Made by a program: the position numbers and the translations under genes. Source: Candidatus Aenigmatarchaeota archaeon (GTDB taxonomy: Archaea; Aenigmatarchaeota; Aenigmatarchaeia; JACPZZ01). Taken from it: 64,000 nt of DNA. Positions 45,185-54,306 of the stretch are shown here, in pieces (within the stretch, counting starts at the first letter, position 1; the number at the start of each line of letters is the position of its first letter). The stretch spans positions 89,128 through 153,127 of the forward strand of contig JAZDLW010000021.1 of the NCBI GenBank assembly GCA_043801595.1. Direction: 5' to 3'. Below the pieces are notes generated by a model. That model was not told the DNA's origin. It ran no database searches and saw only the letters and a program-made list of their open reading frames with translations.

Positions 45185-48100
45185 ATGAAAAACACGGCTG
45201 TAATTGCCGGACTGCTGTCGCTTCTTCTCATTGCAACCGCTGCGTACGCAAATGTGAACGAAAATAAAGCACTGCAAAAAATGGAGCGCGGGCTTGTTGC
45301 GAAACTTGCAGAACCGGGCGAGGAAAACGAAAAGGTCATAGTGTGGATCGAACCGGGAAAGATGAACGCGGCAATTGCGGCGAGTTTCGGGAATGTAAAA
45401 CAGGAGTTTTCGATAATACCCGCGATTGCGATGGATGTTCCTAAATCGAAATTAAAAAGTCTCGCTTCGCTCGGATTTGTCAAGAAAATATCAATAGACC
45501 ACAAGATTTTCGCATTAAGGAACAACGCGATACCGATCACAGCATCAGATGTTGCAATGAATACGTACGGGTATAACGGGACGAACATCAAAATCGCGAT
45601 AATAGACACGGGAATTTACAATCATTCGGAATTCCAGACCCCGAACAGGATAGTGCTACAGAAATGCTTTACGTTGGGGGCGTGCCCGCCGAATAATGCG
45701 AACACGAGCAACAACGCAACCGATGATTACGGGCACGGAACGCACGTTGCAGGCATAGCTGCGGGCGAAGGATCCGCATCGTACGGACGAGGTTCTGCCC
45801 CGAATGCCACGATAATAGCTATAAAGGTGCTCGATTCGTCCGGAAGCGGATGGGACAGTGATGTCATATCCGGAATGCAATTCGCAGTCGACAACGGCGC
45901 GAACATAATTTCGATGAGTCTGGGTGCCTATATCACAGGCGATTGCTACGATGATTCAGGCACGTCTTTGGCTGTGGACAATGCCACAAACATGGGTGTT
46001 GTTGTAGTAATTGCGGCTGGCAACAATGGAACTTTTTCATCCTCGATAGCAGCACCGGGTTGCGCGAAAACAGCCATAACCGTCGGCGCGACTGCTAAAA
46101 CTGATGCGATAGCGTCGTACAGCTCGATCGGGCCGACAAACGATAACCGCACAAAACCGGACATAGTGGTAACCGGAGGTTCGGGTGCGACATGTCCGGG
46201 AACGATGATAATATCAACTTATCCGACAAACCTCGCATCAAGCGGTTATGTCTGCGAATCCGGAACCTCGATGGCAACGCCGCTCGTGTCCGGAATCGCG
46301 GCAATGCTGATGGAAAAATACAACGCAACGCACGGATACATGCCAGTGCCGGGGCTTGTAAAGGCGATTCTGCTCAATTCTGTTAACACATCAGGAATGT
46401 CAACGGACGGCTATACGCAGCGCAATAACGTATACGGCGCGGGCAGATTAGATGCTTATGGTGTCCTGAACAATTCCGACAATGCAAATAATTATTCGAT
46501 AACCCAAAATGCGCAAAACGTTCATAGGATACACGTTTCTTCGTCCTCGTTAAAGGTAACGCTCGTATGGATGGAAAATTCCACGACAAGAAACAACCTT
46601 GACCTGATTGTCGGTAATGGTACGAACAATTTCACAAATCCGACCGATGCAAACGATACTGTTGAACAGGTTTTTCTGCAAAACATAAACAACGGAACGT
46701 GGAACGTATACGTGAAAGGAACTTCGGTAGCGGGAACGCAGGAATATTTCATTGCGTATCCGTCAACCGCAATATTTCCCAGTTTTTCCAGCAACAATAC
46801 GGGAAAAAATTCTGGAATGCAATACGCGCCAAATGAAAATTACAGTTTCGGAATAAATGTCAACGGATCATTATCTGTTGACGAGGTTTCAGCTGTGATT
46901 TTTCAATTGAACAGTACAAACTACACGAAAAATTCCGCAGATCCTGTGTATAACAACAGCGCCGGAAATTTCTGGATAAACCTGACCGATCTATCCGCAG
47001 GCGCATACTCGTACCAGTGGTTTGCCAACAGCACGCAAAACAACTGGAACGCGACAAGCCCGCTGATATTCGTGATAGCAAAGAATTATTCAGCAAACCT
47101 GATCAATCTGACAATAAACAACACCAACAACGACGTTTCATCGCCCTACGATTATATGCTAAATATAACCGCATGGAAAAATTTCACCGAGGGAAACCTT
47201 ACATTGTACAGGAATGGTTCGATAGTAGGAACATCGGGAATAAACCAACCGAATGAAACAGTGTCGCTGGGCGGCGGCGTTTACAATTACACTGTTGTTC
47301 TCGAAGAAACACAAAACTACTCGTTCGTAAATATAACCAGAATGTTGACGGTTACGCAAACTCCGACAGGCATAACGCTTCTCCTTAACGGAAGCGCGGG
47401 AAATTACACGTATGATATCCGCACAACAGCCAACTTCACTGCGATTGTAAATATTTCGGGAAAGAACGTCACGCTGACATCGAATATGAGCGGATGGGTT
47501 GACCAGAACAATGTAAATATCACAGAAAACTTGACCATTTTAAACCAGATCGGAATATTCAACATAACCGCGTATTTCGCGGGTGACCAGAACTACTCCT
47601 ACTCATCACAAACGCTCTTCGCAACAGTTGTTGATGCGAACGCCCCAACGATACATGCGAATTATACCTCGCTCGACAGCGGAATAGAATATTATCCCGG
47701 ACGATTTTATACATTCAATGTAAGCGTGCAGGACAACAACGTTGTATCCGCCGTGATATTGCAATTAAATTCCACAAACCGCACAGCATACCTCTATGAA
47801 GGCTCCATGTCCGAAGGAAACTGGTCGGCAAATGTAACGGATATTGCCGCGAGTGAAACAGGTTATCCAATCGTCTGGTACGCAAACGACACTTCAAATA
47901 ACTGGAACAGGACGGATGTATGGTATTACGTCATAAACAAAAATTCTTCCGCGTATACAGTTATAGCAGCGAACAATACAACAATAGAAATTCCGCGGTC
48001 ATGGTCTGTTAATTCGACATCACCTATCAGCGCGAAAATAGAGACGAGATTGTATTCCAACGAATCTGGAAGTATGCTTCTTTTAAACAGCTCTACCGGA

Positions 48101-49387
48101 ACGAACAGATATTCGGGCAGCGCATTTCCGCCGAACATTGTGAACATATCGTCCAATTCGTCGTCGAATGAAAATTATACAGCCAACTCGACGCTAGAAA
48201 GCACGGTCATCAGGTTCGTTGACACGGCGAACCCCGCATTGGCAGAAGGATTGGTGCTGCCGCGAACGGTTGAAACACAGAATAACATAACAATGCTGAT
48301 CGTCGCTGACGATTACAGTGCAATTTTGGCAGTTGCGAACATATACAACTCGACCAATTCGAGCATCGCAAGATTCGGTCTTTATTACGTGACGAATACC
48401 ACGGCAAACGTTTCTTACCTAAACCGTACCACATGGTTATATTCGTTCAACGTAACATCGATGCCGACAGGCAACTTTTTCGCAAACGTTTCTCTAACCG
48501 ATGTCTGGGGCAACGCAGCAAACTATTCACTGGGAAACTTCACAGTAACAAACGGGTCTGCGGGAACAATGTACAGCAATTCCTCAATTCAAATCAGGAA
48601 TAACATAGAAGTGGATCTTTTGTCAGCGATGAACGTGTCGCTCAATATAAGTTCGACTTCAAACTCAGGCCAAGATGCGATCGCGCTGGCTACATATTTC
48701 ACGAACCCGTCGAACCAGAACAACAACGCTGTTACGATAAACAAGTTTACGGAAATTTCAGTCGGAGGTTTGTTGAATTACACACTAAACTGGGTCGTTA
48801 TACGAATAAATTATAATTCTTCGGATATTCAGTCGGGATACGGCGAAAACAACCTGAGAATATATTACAACCACCCAAATGGAACATGGATCGTGTACGA
48901 CGGCACGCTGCTCGGCGGCGTCAACACGACCGAAAAATATGTGTGGGCAAACTCCACACATTTCAGCCTTTACGGCGTGTTCGTAATGCCTACATGTTCG
49001 GACAGTATACAGAACCAAGGAGAAACGGGTGTAGATTGCGGCGGACCCTGTTCGGCGTGCGCCTCCACTCCGCCCGCAAATACGCCAGGCAGTATCGGAG
49101 GTTCAACCGCAACGACAACTACGACTACAACGACGACAACTATTGCAACGACTACCACAACTTCGACCACAACGACTACCACGACAATGACTGCGACTAC
49201 GATCACAACACAAAATAAAACCGCCGACACGATCGAAAGCGAACCAGCGAAAAAACAGGACAACGACTTTGTGATTGTTGTGTTGTTGTCTCTGATAGCG
49301 ATAATTACCGCTGCCGTGATTTACAAAAACAGGAAAAGATTAGGCTACATCCTGTACAATATCAAAAAGAATTCAAGCCTGGAATAA
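45185..49387 (+). CDS. Giant subtilisin-like (S8) serine protease: signal peptide, I9 propeptide, catalytic domain, long N-glycosylation-rich repeat region, poly-Thr stalk and TM anchor
   Basis: Catalytic triad contexts AIIDTGI (Asp), HGTHVAGIAAG (His), GTSMATP (Ser). The C-terminus TTTTTTTTTIATTTTTSTTTTTT is followed by a hydrophobic helix and KNRKR. Confidence 0.9.
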   Translation: MKNTAVIAGLLSLLLIATAAYANVNENKALQKMERGLVAKLAEPGEENEKVIVWIEPGKMNAAIAASFGNVKQEFSIIPAIAMDVPKSKLKSLASLGFVKKISIDHKIFALRNNAIPITASDVAMNTYGYNGTNIKIAIIDTGIYNHSEFQTPNRIVLQKCFTLGACPPNNANTSNNATDDYGHGTHVAGIAAGEGSASYGRGSAPNATIIAIKVLDSSGSGWDSDVISGMQFAVDNGANIISMSLGAYITGDCYDDSGTSLAVDNATNMGVVVVIAAGNNGTFSSSIAAPGCAKTAITVGATAKTDAIASYSSIGPTNDNRTKPDIVVTGGSGATCPGTMIISTYPTNLASSGYVCESGTSMATPLVSGIAAMLMEKYNATHGYMPVPGLVKAILLNSVNTSGMSTDGYTQRNNVYGAGRLDAYGVLNNSDNANNYSITQNAQNVHRIHVSSSSLKVTLVWMENSTTRNNLDLIVGNGTNNFTNPTDANDTVEQVFLQNINNGTWNVYVKGTSVAGTQEYFIAYPSTAIFPSFSSNNTGKNSGMQYAPNENYSFGINVNGSLSVDEVSAVIFQLNSTNYTKNSADPVYNNSAGNFWINLTDLSAGAYSYQWFANSTQNNWNATSPLIFVIAKNYSANLINLTINNTNNDVSSPYDYMLNITAWKNFTEGNLTLYRNGSIVGTSGINQPNETVSLGGGVYNYTVVLEETQNYSFVNITRMLTVTQTPTGITLLLNGSAGNYTYDIRTTANFTAIVNISGKNVTLTSNMSGWVDQNNVNITENLTILNQIGIFNITAYFAGDQNYSYSSQTLFATVVDANAPTIHANYTSLDSGIEYYPGRFYTFNVSVQDNNVVSAVILQLNSTNRTAYLYEGSMSEGNWSANVTDIAASETGYPIVWYANDTSNNWNRTDVWYYVINKNSSAYTVIAANNTTIEIPRSWSVNSTSPISAKIETRLYSNESGSMLLLNSSTGTNRYSGSAFPPNIVNISSNSSSNENYTANSTLESTVIRFVDTANPALAEGLVLPRTVETQNNITMLIVADDYSAILAVANIYNSTNSSIARFGLYYVTNTTANVSYLNRTTWLYSFNVTSMPTGNFFANVSLTDVWGNAANYSLGNFTVTNGSAGTMYSNSSIQIRNNIEVDLLSAMNVSLNISSTSNSGQDAIALATYFTNPSNQNNNAVTINKFTEISVGGLLNYTLNWVVIRINYNSSDIQSGYGENNLRIYYNHPNGTWIVYDGTLLGGVNTTEKYVWANSTHFSLYGVFVMPTCSDSIQNQGETGVDCGGPCSACASTPPANTPGSIGGSTATTTTTTTTTTIATTTTTSTTTTTTTMTATTITTQNKTADTIESEPAKKQDNDFVIVVLLSLIAIITAAVIYKNRKRLGYILYNIKKNSSLE

Positions 49388-49404
49388 ATCAATACATCGC
49401 TACA

Positions 49405-50841
49405 CTAAGGTCCAATCGGCTCCAGATATTTTTTCATTGTTTTCGCAACAGCAGGAATGCTTTCCACGATCATTCCTCTCAGCGCGTATTGTTGCGAAAG
49501 GTTTTCGAAAAGTGCGGATATTTCCGTCTGATTGAAATCCAACTTCCCGATTCTCCTCGTTTCCTGCTCGTACTTCTTCATGAAATCTCCGAGACTGTTC
49601 GCCTGCTCTTCAAAGAGCGCGGAATACTCGCATGGATAAATGGAATTCACGCTGTCAACGATTTTTTGCGGCAGTGATTTGAACCTTTTACGCAGGCCGT
49701 TCAACCTTCCGATATATTCGCGCCTCAATTCCATCGACATCGAATCATATTTTCCGCACTCCGCGGCTTTTGCGATGTCGCCGAAACTTTGCGAGAGTTC
49801 CCTGTCATCCGACGTCGGTTTGAAATCTTCAAAAAGAACGCTCAGCGCAGTCCTTCCAGTCAAGTCACTTTCTATCCCGCTTATCGCGTCCCTCTTTGCC
49901 GGATAGTGGAGATTCGCGAATTCCGCGCAGTTTCCCCATATGGCAATCCCGTCCTTGTCCTTTGCGACATACGGTAGGATTCCCCAAAAAAGCAATTGGT
50001 CGTCGATGTAACGTATCCTTCCCGGCATCGGACCCTTGAACGTCATATCCGGCAGAAGTTCGCCGGCGAATGCGTAATTGCCGCCGCCGTAATAGGTTTT
50101 CATTGTCTTGAACATCGGGGATTTGCCGGTTTCCGTGAGAAGAACTTTTCCGGTTTTCGAATCGTCATAGTATGTCGCCTTCGGATCCAGCGAATACCCT
50201 TTCAGCATTTCCACCCTCTTTGAAATCGAAGAAGGCGATACACCCGGGGTTTGTACGGTTCTCTCTATCTCGGGCAGCATTGTTTCAAGGAATCCAAGAT
50301 GCTCGAGCCAGAGATAATACCCGACCACGGATTTCACCGGCTTTGTCGCATCGCCGGAAATGAAAACTTCCCTGTTCGCAAGAATTTCTTCTCTTATTTC
50401 CGGCATTGTCTTTCCGACCGCATTGCTGACATTTCCCACATAACCGACCGGGAGCACGTGGTCATCGTCGATTGTAAAAACAACGTCCGGTACTTTCATT
50501 CCAAGCGCCCCGCGCGCCATCAGCGCCCAGTAGCCGACCTGCCTTCCCAAGCCGTAGCCTTTATTCATCAAAACCCCACGCAAAGCGGGTTCTCCGGTCA
50601 CTTTGAGTGTTTCGTTGGAAATATCCTCCCAGTCGCTTTCCGAAAGATAGACACACTCACGGTTGTGGCTGCGCAATATTTCCTTTTCCTTGGCAGCGTT
50701 TTCGATGTTGCTCGCACTCGAAACCACGATCAGCGAATCTTCGGGTATGTCGCTTTCATGCAGAAGCCTTTGTATATTCTCAGGTCTGTTGAATGTCGGA
50801 ATCACTATTGCTGTTCTTTTCGCTGGCATGGTTACCACCAA
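49405..50841 (-). CDS. Putative GT-A-type glycosyltransferase-like protein
   Basis: N-terminus AIVIPTFNRPENI and a DDD motif (VVFTIDDDHV). The family is uncertain. Confidence 0.45.
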   Translation of the reverse strand: MVVTMPAKRTAIVIPTFNRPENIQRLLHESDIPEDSLIVVSSASNIENAAKEKEILRSHNRECVYLSESDWEDISNETLKVTGEPALRGVLMNKGYGLGRQVGYWALMARGALGMKVPDVVFTIDDDHVLPVGYVGNVSNAVGKTMPEIREEILANREVFISGDATKPVKSVVGYYLWLEHLGFLETMLPEIERTVQTPGVSPSSISKRVEMLKGYSLDPKATYYDDSKTGKVLLTETGKSPMFKTMKTYYGGGNYAFAGELLPDMTFKGPMPGRIRYIDDQLLFWGILPYVAKDKDGIAIWGNCAEFANLHYPAKRDAISGIESDLTGRTALSVLFEDFKPTSDDRELSQSFGDIAKAAECGKYDSMSMELRREYIGRLNGLRKRFKSLPQKIVDSVNSIYPCEYSALFEEQANSLGDFMKKYEQETRRIGKLDFNQTEISALFENLSQQYALRGMIVESIPAVAKTMKKYLEPIGP

Positions 50842-50999
50842 CAGATATCATCGACAGACTTAAATACCTGTCTTGAAAGAGTAAACGATTCTTTTCCCGA
50901 TAAATTTGCGTTCGCCGTAAATACAAAAAGAAATGTCCTTTCCAGTGATACTCCAGATTTCTGTGTCCACCGCCATAGCTATTAGAAGTGACAATAAAA

Positions 51000-51383
51000 T
51001 TATTGCTTGACGAGGACCGCATTAACCATGCCGCTCTTGGTCGGACGCGACGTAACTTTCGCCTTTCCGAGCTCCGTGTTTATGGTTGCACCCTTGGTTA
51101 TCACGTTTCTTCGTACAAAGTGCGGATTTGCGGGATTTTCCACAACCGTTAAAATCTTCACTTTCTTCGTCTTTCCTGTAGCAGGGTCTGTAACGTTTGC
51201 CTGATTATCCGATAACAGTATGATGTTCAAAAATCCGCCCAATGACCTGTACACTTTTTTCGCAGGTTCGCCAAGCTTTGTCAATAAAGGCTCGCGTCTT
51301 CTGTTGCGCTTGACCTTTTTACCAAGCCTGTTTAACTTCCCACCAGTTGGTTTTCTGTTCGATCTAAGATTCCATTTTGCCAT
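51000..51383 (-). CDS. rps8e: Ribosomal protein eS8
   Basis: KPTGGK...RRREP...ILTVVENPANPHFVRRNVITKGATINTELGKAKVTSRPTKSGMVNAVLV. The start is set at the internal MAKWN. Confidence 0.8.
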   Translation of the reverse strand: MAKWNLRSNRKPTGGKLNRLGKKVKRNRRREPLLTKLGEPAKKVYRSLGGFLNIILLSDNQANVTDPATGKTKKVKILTVVENPANPHFVRRNVITKGATINTELGKAKVTSRPTKSGMVNAVLVKQ

Positions 51384-51477
51384 AATCAGTCTCAACCATA
51401 ATTTGGACATCGAATATTAATATAACTTAAAGGCGTTATTTGCAAACAGATTTATAAGTATCGCTACTTTATATTAC

Positions 51478-51726
51478 ATGGGGATTTTGAACATGGGAGA
51501 GAATGACACAAGCAGACCTTTCACAGAACTTGACCAGGCAAAAGGCAAACGGGTAATACTCAAATTAAAGGGCGGCGAAGAGATCAACGGTATTTTGAAG
51601 TCTTTCGACCAGCATCTGAACATATGGCTCGAGGATGCTGATGAGAACTCGGCGCAAACAAACAGAAAACTGGGCGATGTTTTGGTGAGGGGAGACAACA
51701 TAATTCTGATATCGCCTTCCAAGTAA
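51478..51726 (+). CDS. Sm-like archaeal protein (SmAP/LSm)
   Basis: VILKLKGGEEINGILKSFDQHLNIWLEDA...VLVRGDNIILI. Confidence 0.9.
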   Translation: MGILNMGENDTSRPFTELDQAKGKRVILKLKGGEEINGILKSFDQHLNIWLEDADENSAQTNRKLGDVLVRGDNIILISPSK

Positions 51727-51747
51727 TTCTACGGCGAGTTGTAACAA

Positions 51748-51933
51748 ATGACAAAGGGAACATCATCTTTCGGAAAACACAATAAGAAAACGCACATGGT
51801 ATGCCGCCGCTGCGGAAGATACGCATACCACCTCCAAAAGAGTAAATGCGCGGCATGCGGTTTCGGGCGTTCTCCGAAAATACGCGATTACGCATGGAGA
51901 AGAAAAACCGTTAACAGGAAGAGAAAGCTCTAG
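51748..51933 (+). CDS. rpl37e: Ribosomal protein eL37
   Basis: [38 protein letters not shown]. Confidence 0.9.
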   Translation: MTKGTSSFGKHNKKTHMVCRRCGRYAYHLQKSKCAACGFGRSPKIRDYAWRRKTVNRKRKL

Positions 51934-52006
51934 TTTTTTGATCCAGCGTCAATACGAATTTTGATAACAGCGTTCCGATAGATTTTTAACCTACGGCTCT
52001 ATAGAT

Positions 52007-52112
52007 GGTAGATAGGGCCCATAGCTCAATCTGGTAGAGCACCTGACTCTTAAACGAATCAAATGATTCGCTGGGATATCAGGGTGTTGCGAGTTCAAAT
52101 CTCGCTGGGCCC
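52007..52112 (+). tRNA. tRNA-Lys (CUU) with a roughly 25-nt canonical-position intron
   Basis: GGGCCCA-UA-GCUC..GAGC-A-CCUGA-CUCUUA|intron|A-UCAGG-GUGUU-GCGAG-UUCAAAU-CUCGC-UGGGCCC-A. The intron hairpin is CGAAUC/GAUUCG. Confidence 0.8.
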
Positions 52113-52157
52113 ACTCTGCTTTCCTGCCGAAGGCTATTAATAACTAACTGTCAAATT

Positions 52158-52487
52158 GTGTTTTACGATAACATGTTCAATTACAACGTAGCCGGTGTGA
52201 GATGGGGATTCACGTTCCTCAGAGGCGCGTCTTATTTGTCGGAAGCAGACAAATTTGGTCTGATGACGCATGCAACGGAAATGTACCTGAGACAGGAAGA
52301 CGAGAGACCCGTGAAATCCAACCATTATACCGGAAGGATAACAACACAAAGAAAATACGAGATTCTGGGAACATTCGGCGGGATACATTTCGACGCAGAA
52401 CTGGAAACGGAACGCGGAAAAGACAGGATGTCGTTCCTTGTAAGCGAGCAGACCAAAGGAAGAAGATTCGATTTTTCGGCAAACTAA
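52158..52487 (+). CDS. Hypothetical protein
   Basis: Preferred over the R/C/S-rich antisense ORF at 52137..52718. Confidence 0.4.
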   Translation: MFYDNMFNYNVAGVRWGFTFLRGASYLSEADKFGLMTHATEMYLRQEDERPVKSNHYTGRITTQRKYEILGTFGGIHFDAELETERGKDRMSFLVSEQTKGRRFDFSAN

Positions 52488-52945
52488 ACGAACACGACCT
52501 TTTTCTTCTTGATAAGAAGCGCGACTACTATCGCGACAGCTATCACAACGTAAGCTATCTGCGCCTCGTAGCAAGTCAGCGTTGCTATAAACTTTCCGAC
52601 GGGATTCTGCGATAATATGCAAGTAGCGCCAAGCTGGCAGCTTCCGAATACGATCAGGTTGTAAATTGACAATGCCGAATATGCCATGCTTCCGAAGAAT
52701 GCCACTGTGAATATCCACGAGAGTGTTTTAAAGTGTTTGTAAACAAATCTCGCCAACGACCCGGATCGTCCCATCAGTCTTGCGACAATTTTCGATTTTA
52801 TTTTTTCGTCCAGCTTTGTAACGCAAGGGCGCAGAGTAATCATGCGAAAAACGCATTCGAACGCCTCCTTGGCAAGGCGCCTGTAAGGTACGGACCATAT
52901 GCCGAGTATGCTGAAAACGACCAAAGCGACTATGCACAAAACCAT
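52484..52945 (-). CDS. Hypothetical membrane protein
   Basis: Four hydrophobic helices. Contiguous with the cysteine desulfurase gene. Confidence 0.45.
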   Translation of the reverse strand: MVLCIVALVVFSILGIWSVPYRRLAKEAFECVFRMITLRPCVTKLDEKIKSKIVARLMGRSGSLARFVYKHFKTLSWIFTVAFFGSMAYSALSIYNLIVFGSCQLGATCILSQNPVGKFIATLTCYEAQIAYVVIAVAIVVALLIKKKKVVFV

Positions 52946-54160
52946 TTACTTCGCCAACCTGCTTATTTTTTCCAGATTCTCAACTAAAACTCTTGCATCG
53001 TCTTTTGTGTTATAAAGGTACAACGATGAACGAACGCAGCCTTTGATTTTGTGCGCGTTGAACCATGAATGAACGCAGTGCTGGCCGGAGCGAACCATTA
53101 TATTTGCGGATTCGTTGAGCATAACCGCAATATCATGAAAATCCATTCCGCTGATATTAAACGACGTTATTCCACCGCGTAATTCGGAATCGGAAGGCCC
53201 GATAATACTCGAACCGTTTATCCCCTTTATCCCCTCGTATATGATTTCGTTAATTTCCAGTTCGTGACTCGAAATGTTTTTCATGCCGACCTTGCGCAGA
53301 TATTCCGCAGCCGCAGCAAAGCCGATCGCACCCGCATAATTTTGCAGGCCAGCCTCGAATTTTTCCGGCGGGTCAAGAAGCGTAAACGAATCGTAAGTAG
53401 AGTTTTTTACAGTGTCGCCGCCTATCATGAAAGGGTCCATCTTTTCCAAAAGATCATATTTGCCGTAAAGAACGCCCATACCCGAAGGACCGAGCATCTT
53501 GTGCCCGGAGAACGCGATAAAATCAACATCCATTTTTTTGACGTCTATCGATTTGTGAGGAACGGATTGGGCGCAGTCAAGCATAACCAATGCGCCATGG
53601 TCGTGAGCGAGTTTTATGATTTTTTCAGCGGGTATTGTATAACCGTCAAGGTTGGATGTGTGGACCATTGAAACCAGTTTCACATTATCGTCCATTGTAT
53701 TTTCGAAATTCTCCATGTTAAAAGTCATATCAGTGTTGGAGAACACGATCTCGTGGCGGATTCCGCGCCTTTTTGATAAGAGTTGCCACGGCAAAAGATT
53801 TGAATTGTGCTCCTTGTCCGTTGTAAGAACGATATCGCCTTTGGCCAGGTTGAGCGAGTTTGCAACAAGATTTATGCCCTCGGTCGTGTTTCTTGTGAAA
53901 ATTATTTCCCCGCTCCTTTTTGCATTTATGAATTTTGCAATTGTATCACGCGCGTTGTTGTATTTTTCCGTAACTTCTGCACCGAAAGCGTGTACGCTCC
54001 TGCCAGCGCACGCAGGATATTTTTCATAATACTCGTCCATGGTATCGATGACTTGTTTTGGGCGGAGAGTCGTACATGCACTGTCAAGATATATCACAGG
54101 CTTTCCGCGAATCTTCTGGTTGAGAGAAGGAAAATCCGCGATTATGTTTTTCGTGTTCAT
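52946..54160 (-). CDS. Cysteine desulfurase (SufS/NifS class V aminotransferase)
   Basis: PLP lysine context SGHKMLGPSGMGVLYG, the N-terminal YLD.A.T.LRP region, and a C-terminal active-site Cys region. Confidence 0.85.
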   Translation of the reverse strand: MNTKNIIADFPSLNQKIRGKPVIYLDSACTTLRPKQVIDTMDEYYEKYPACAGRSVHAFGAEVTEKYNNARDTIAKFINAKRSGEIIFTRNTTEGINLVANSLNLAKGDIVLTTDKEHNSNLLPWQLLSKRRGIRHEIVFSNTDMTFNMENFENTMDDNVKLVSMVHTSNLDGYTIPAEKIIKLAHDHGALVMLDCAQSVPHKSIDVKKMDVDFIAFSGHKMLGPSGMGVLYGKYDLLEKMDPFMIGGDTVKNSTYDSFTLLDPPEKFEAGLQNYAGAIGFAAAAEYLRKVGMKNISSHELEINEIIYEGIKGINGSSIIGPSDSELRGGITSFNISGMDFHDIAVMLNESANIMVRSGQHCVHSWFNAHKIKGCVRSSLYLYNTKDDARVLVENLEKISRLAK

Positions 54161-54306
54161 GCTGTTCTGTAATAGTTTGGATTTTAAATATAAAACGTTA
54201 GACAGGTTGACCGCATTGAAGATGATAGGCTAATCCCGAAGGCGACAATGTCCGCTGTTTAACATATTTAAGACCGGCCGATCAAATCTTTGAATAGGGG
54301 TTCTGA

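Noticed and set aside
50251-50985. A 244-aa plus-strand ORF overlapping the 49405..50841 gene.
   Set aside because: It is rich in Arg, His and Cys and has a low-complexity composition typical of antisense frames. The minus-strand gene has glycosyltransferase-like motifs.
52137-52718. A 193-aa minus-strand ORF overlapping the 52158..52487 gene.
   Set aside because: It is rich in Arg, Cys and Ser and looks like an antisense frame. The plus-strand ORF and the downstream membrane ORF tile the region without conflict.
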